NCBI GenBank assembly: GCA_002104905.1
Contig: MCFE01000211.1
Coordinates: 63,748-127,747 of the forward strand
Length of the DNA stretch: 64,000 nt
Direction: 5' to 3'
DNA from: Basidiobolus meristosporus CBS 931.73
Taxonomy: Eukaryota; Fungi; Basidiobolomycota
Notes under the pieces: generated by a model
Databases searched by the model: none
The model's input: only the letters and a program-made list of their open reading frames with translations
Told to the model about the DNA's origin: nothing
Made by a program: the position numbers and the translations under genes
Part shown: positions 62,812 through 64,000 of the stretch, one piece after another
Layout: each line of letters begins with the position of its first letter
Numbering within the stretch: position 1 is the first letter of the stretch

Positions 62812-64000
62812 AGACTTGTTCCATTGTACCGTGCCAGGGTGCGCGGTGCAATCCGCGGTTGTAAAGAACAATTGGGCGCAATATTATAGCTACCAGAAGG
62901 CAGGATTGTTCTTGGACAATTTTGCACTATGTGGGACAATCTTGCACACTATGGCACAATCTGACACAATGAGATTGGCATCAATGATTGCACCAACTTG
63001 TAATGTTTGCATCACATGCGCCATTGGATACCGCTATTATGGCAGGTAAAATCCGGTATTTGGATATGTTTCTTTAATGTAAATGGAAATAAATGTGTAT
63101 CACACTATAACTACACTGATACTTACCATTTTGGTTACCCTCACTCTAATTGGACAGTATCCCGGTGGTTAATTGGTCCAAAAGTATCCTGAAGCTGGCA
63201 GCCCCCAATTGGCTCATTGACTACTAAAAAAGCTACCTGATTTGCCATTAAATATCCCATTTTGCCCATTGAGCAAGTAAATCCCTGATCCTAGTGATTG
63301 GACAAGGTGTCAAAGCTAGCATGCAAGCAATTATGTAAGTGCAAAACAGATCCAATAGCTGCACTGGTATTACAGATGACATATATATATGCAGGGTGTT
63401 TATTTATAGGGGTTCTGTCTCAAATGTGAGACAACCTTGATATTACTTATATCAAAAATTTGACAATCACTGATTTGCAATGGCTCAATTTAGATTGCAA
63501 AAAAAATGGGTTGTTGGGATCATTACAAATATGAGCAATTCAAAGCAATTGCATCATCTTCTCCTGGGTTTTTTTCTCACAGGGATTACTACTGAAACAT
63601 ATGGTAGTGACTCACTTTGCACACCTATACTACTTCCTGGCTGATTATCATCTTGGCTACTTGTGTATTTGTAGTCAGTATTTTGCCTCCTAGTTGATGA
63701 GTGCAATGCTGCAGCTTGGCCGTGCTGAATTGCTCCAACTGAACCAACTGAACCGGCCTGTAGTGCCACGCACTGACGCATTCATTTACTTGACAAGGGC
63801 TCCAGTGGTTGAGCCACTTCATGTTGGTCAACATCAGTCAGTTCACCAGAAGTAACTTGCTGATGGTCAGGTAAAATGGCACGCGCAGGCACGCCTTGAC
63901 GCATTGAGATGGCCCTTGGCTGAGCTTGATGTGATGCCGCATGTTGACGCAACTTGGTCTGCTCCAATGAACTTGTGTATAAATGAGCAGTTTGGCAAGT
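62812..64000 (-). mobile_element. PHIS-family copy in reverse orientation (right end and ORF2 3' half), running off the window
   Basis: TIR AGACTTGTTCC at 62812 preceded by ATT. Reverse complement of ~17930-19116. ORF2 tail ...DYKYTSSQDD...VRKKPRRR. Confidence 0.9.

Noticed and set aside
7560-64000. Intact, potentially active retroelement, captured host gene, tRNA/rRNA gene, telomeric repeat or CRISPR array
   Set aside because: All gag-pol frames carry stops or frameshifts, and I saw no host-gene fragment, structured RNA gene or regular repeat-spacer array. Small RNAs cannot be excluded without covariance-model searches.

Overview
Eukaryotic, fungal-type DNA with a sharp two-part layout. Bases 1 to ~7,560 are a compact, CpG-normal host gene block with short GT-AG introns: the 3' part of AP-3 delta adaptin (+), TFIIE-alpha (-), TIM22 (+) and CK2-alpha (-). 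From ~7,560 to the end is a ~56 kb CpG-depleted nest of transposons with no host gene I can recognise. It holds two Ty1/copia families (three two-LTR elements, a solo LTR and fragments, primed by an internal tRNA-iMet PBS), a fragmented Ty3/gypsy chromovirus, many decayed pieces of a two-gene CACTA-type element, and a PIF/Harbinger-related (PHIS, probably Pangu-like) family. That family appears as one complete 3,431-bp copy with TIRs and AAT TSD, three partial copies and two ~730-bp foldback MITEs. The most striking signal is in the complete copy: its intact 294-aa DDE transposase ORF has no CpG at all (all 28 Arg codons are AGA/AGG), while its partner Myb/SANT-like ORF and right end are CpG-rich. 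Sister copies have lost those CpGs by C>T and G>A transitions. All counts and alignments were done by eye without tools, and family names rest on recalled motifs.
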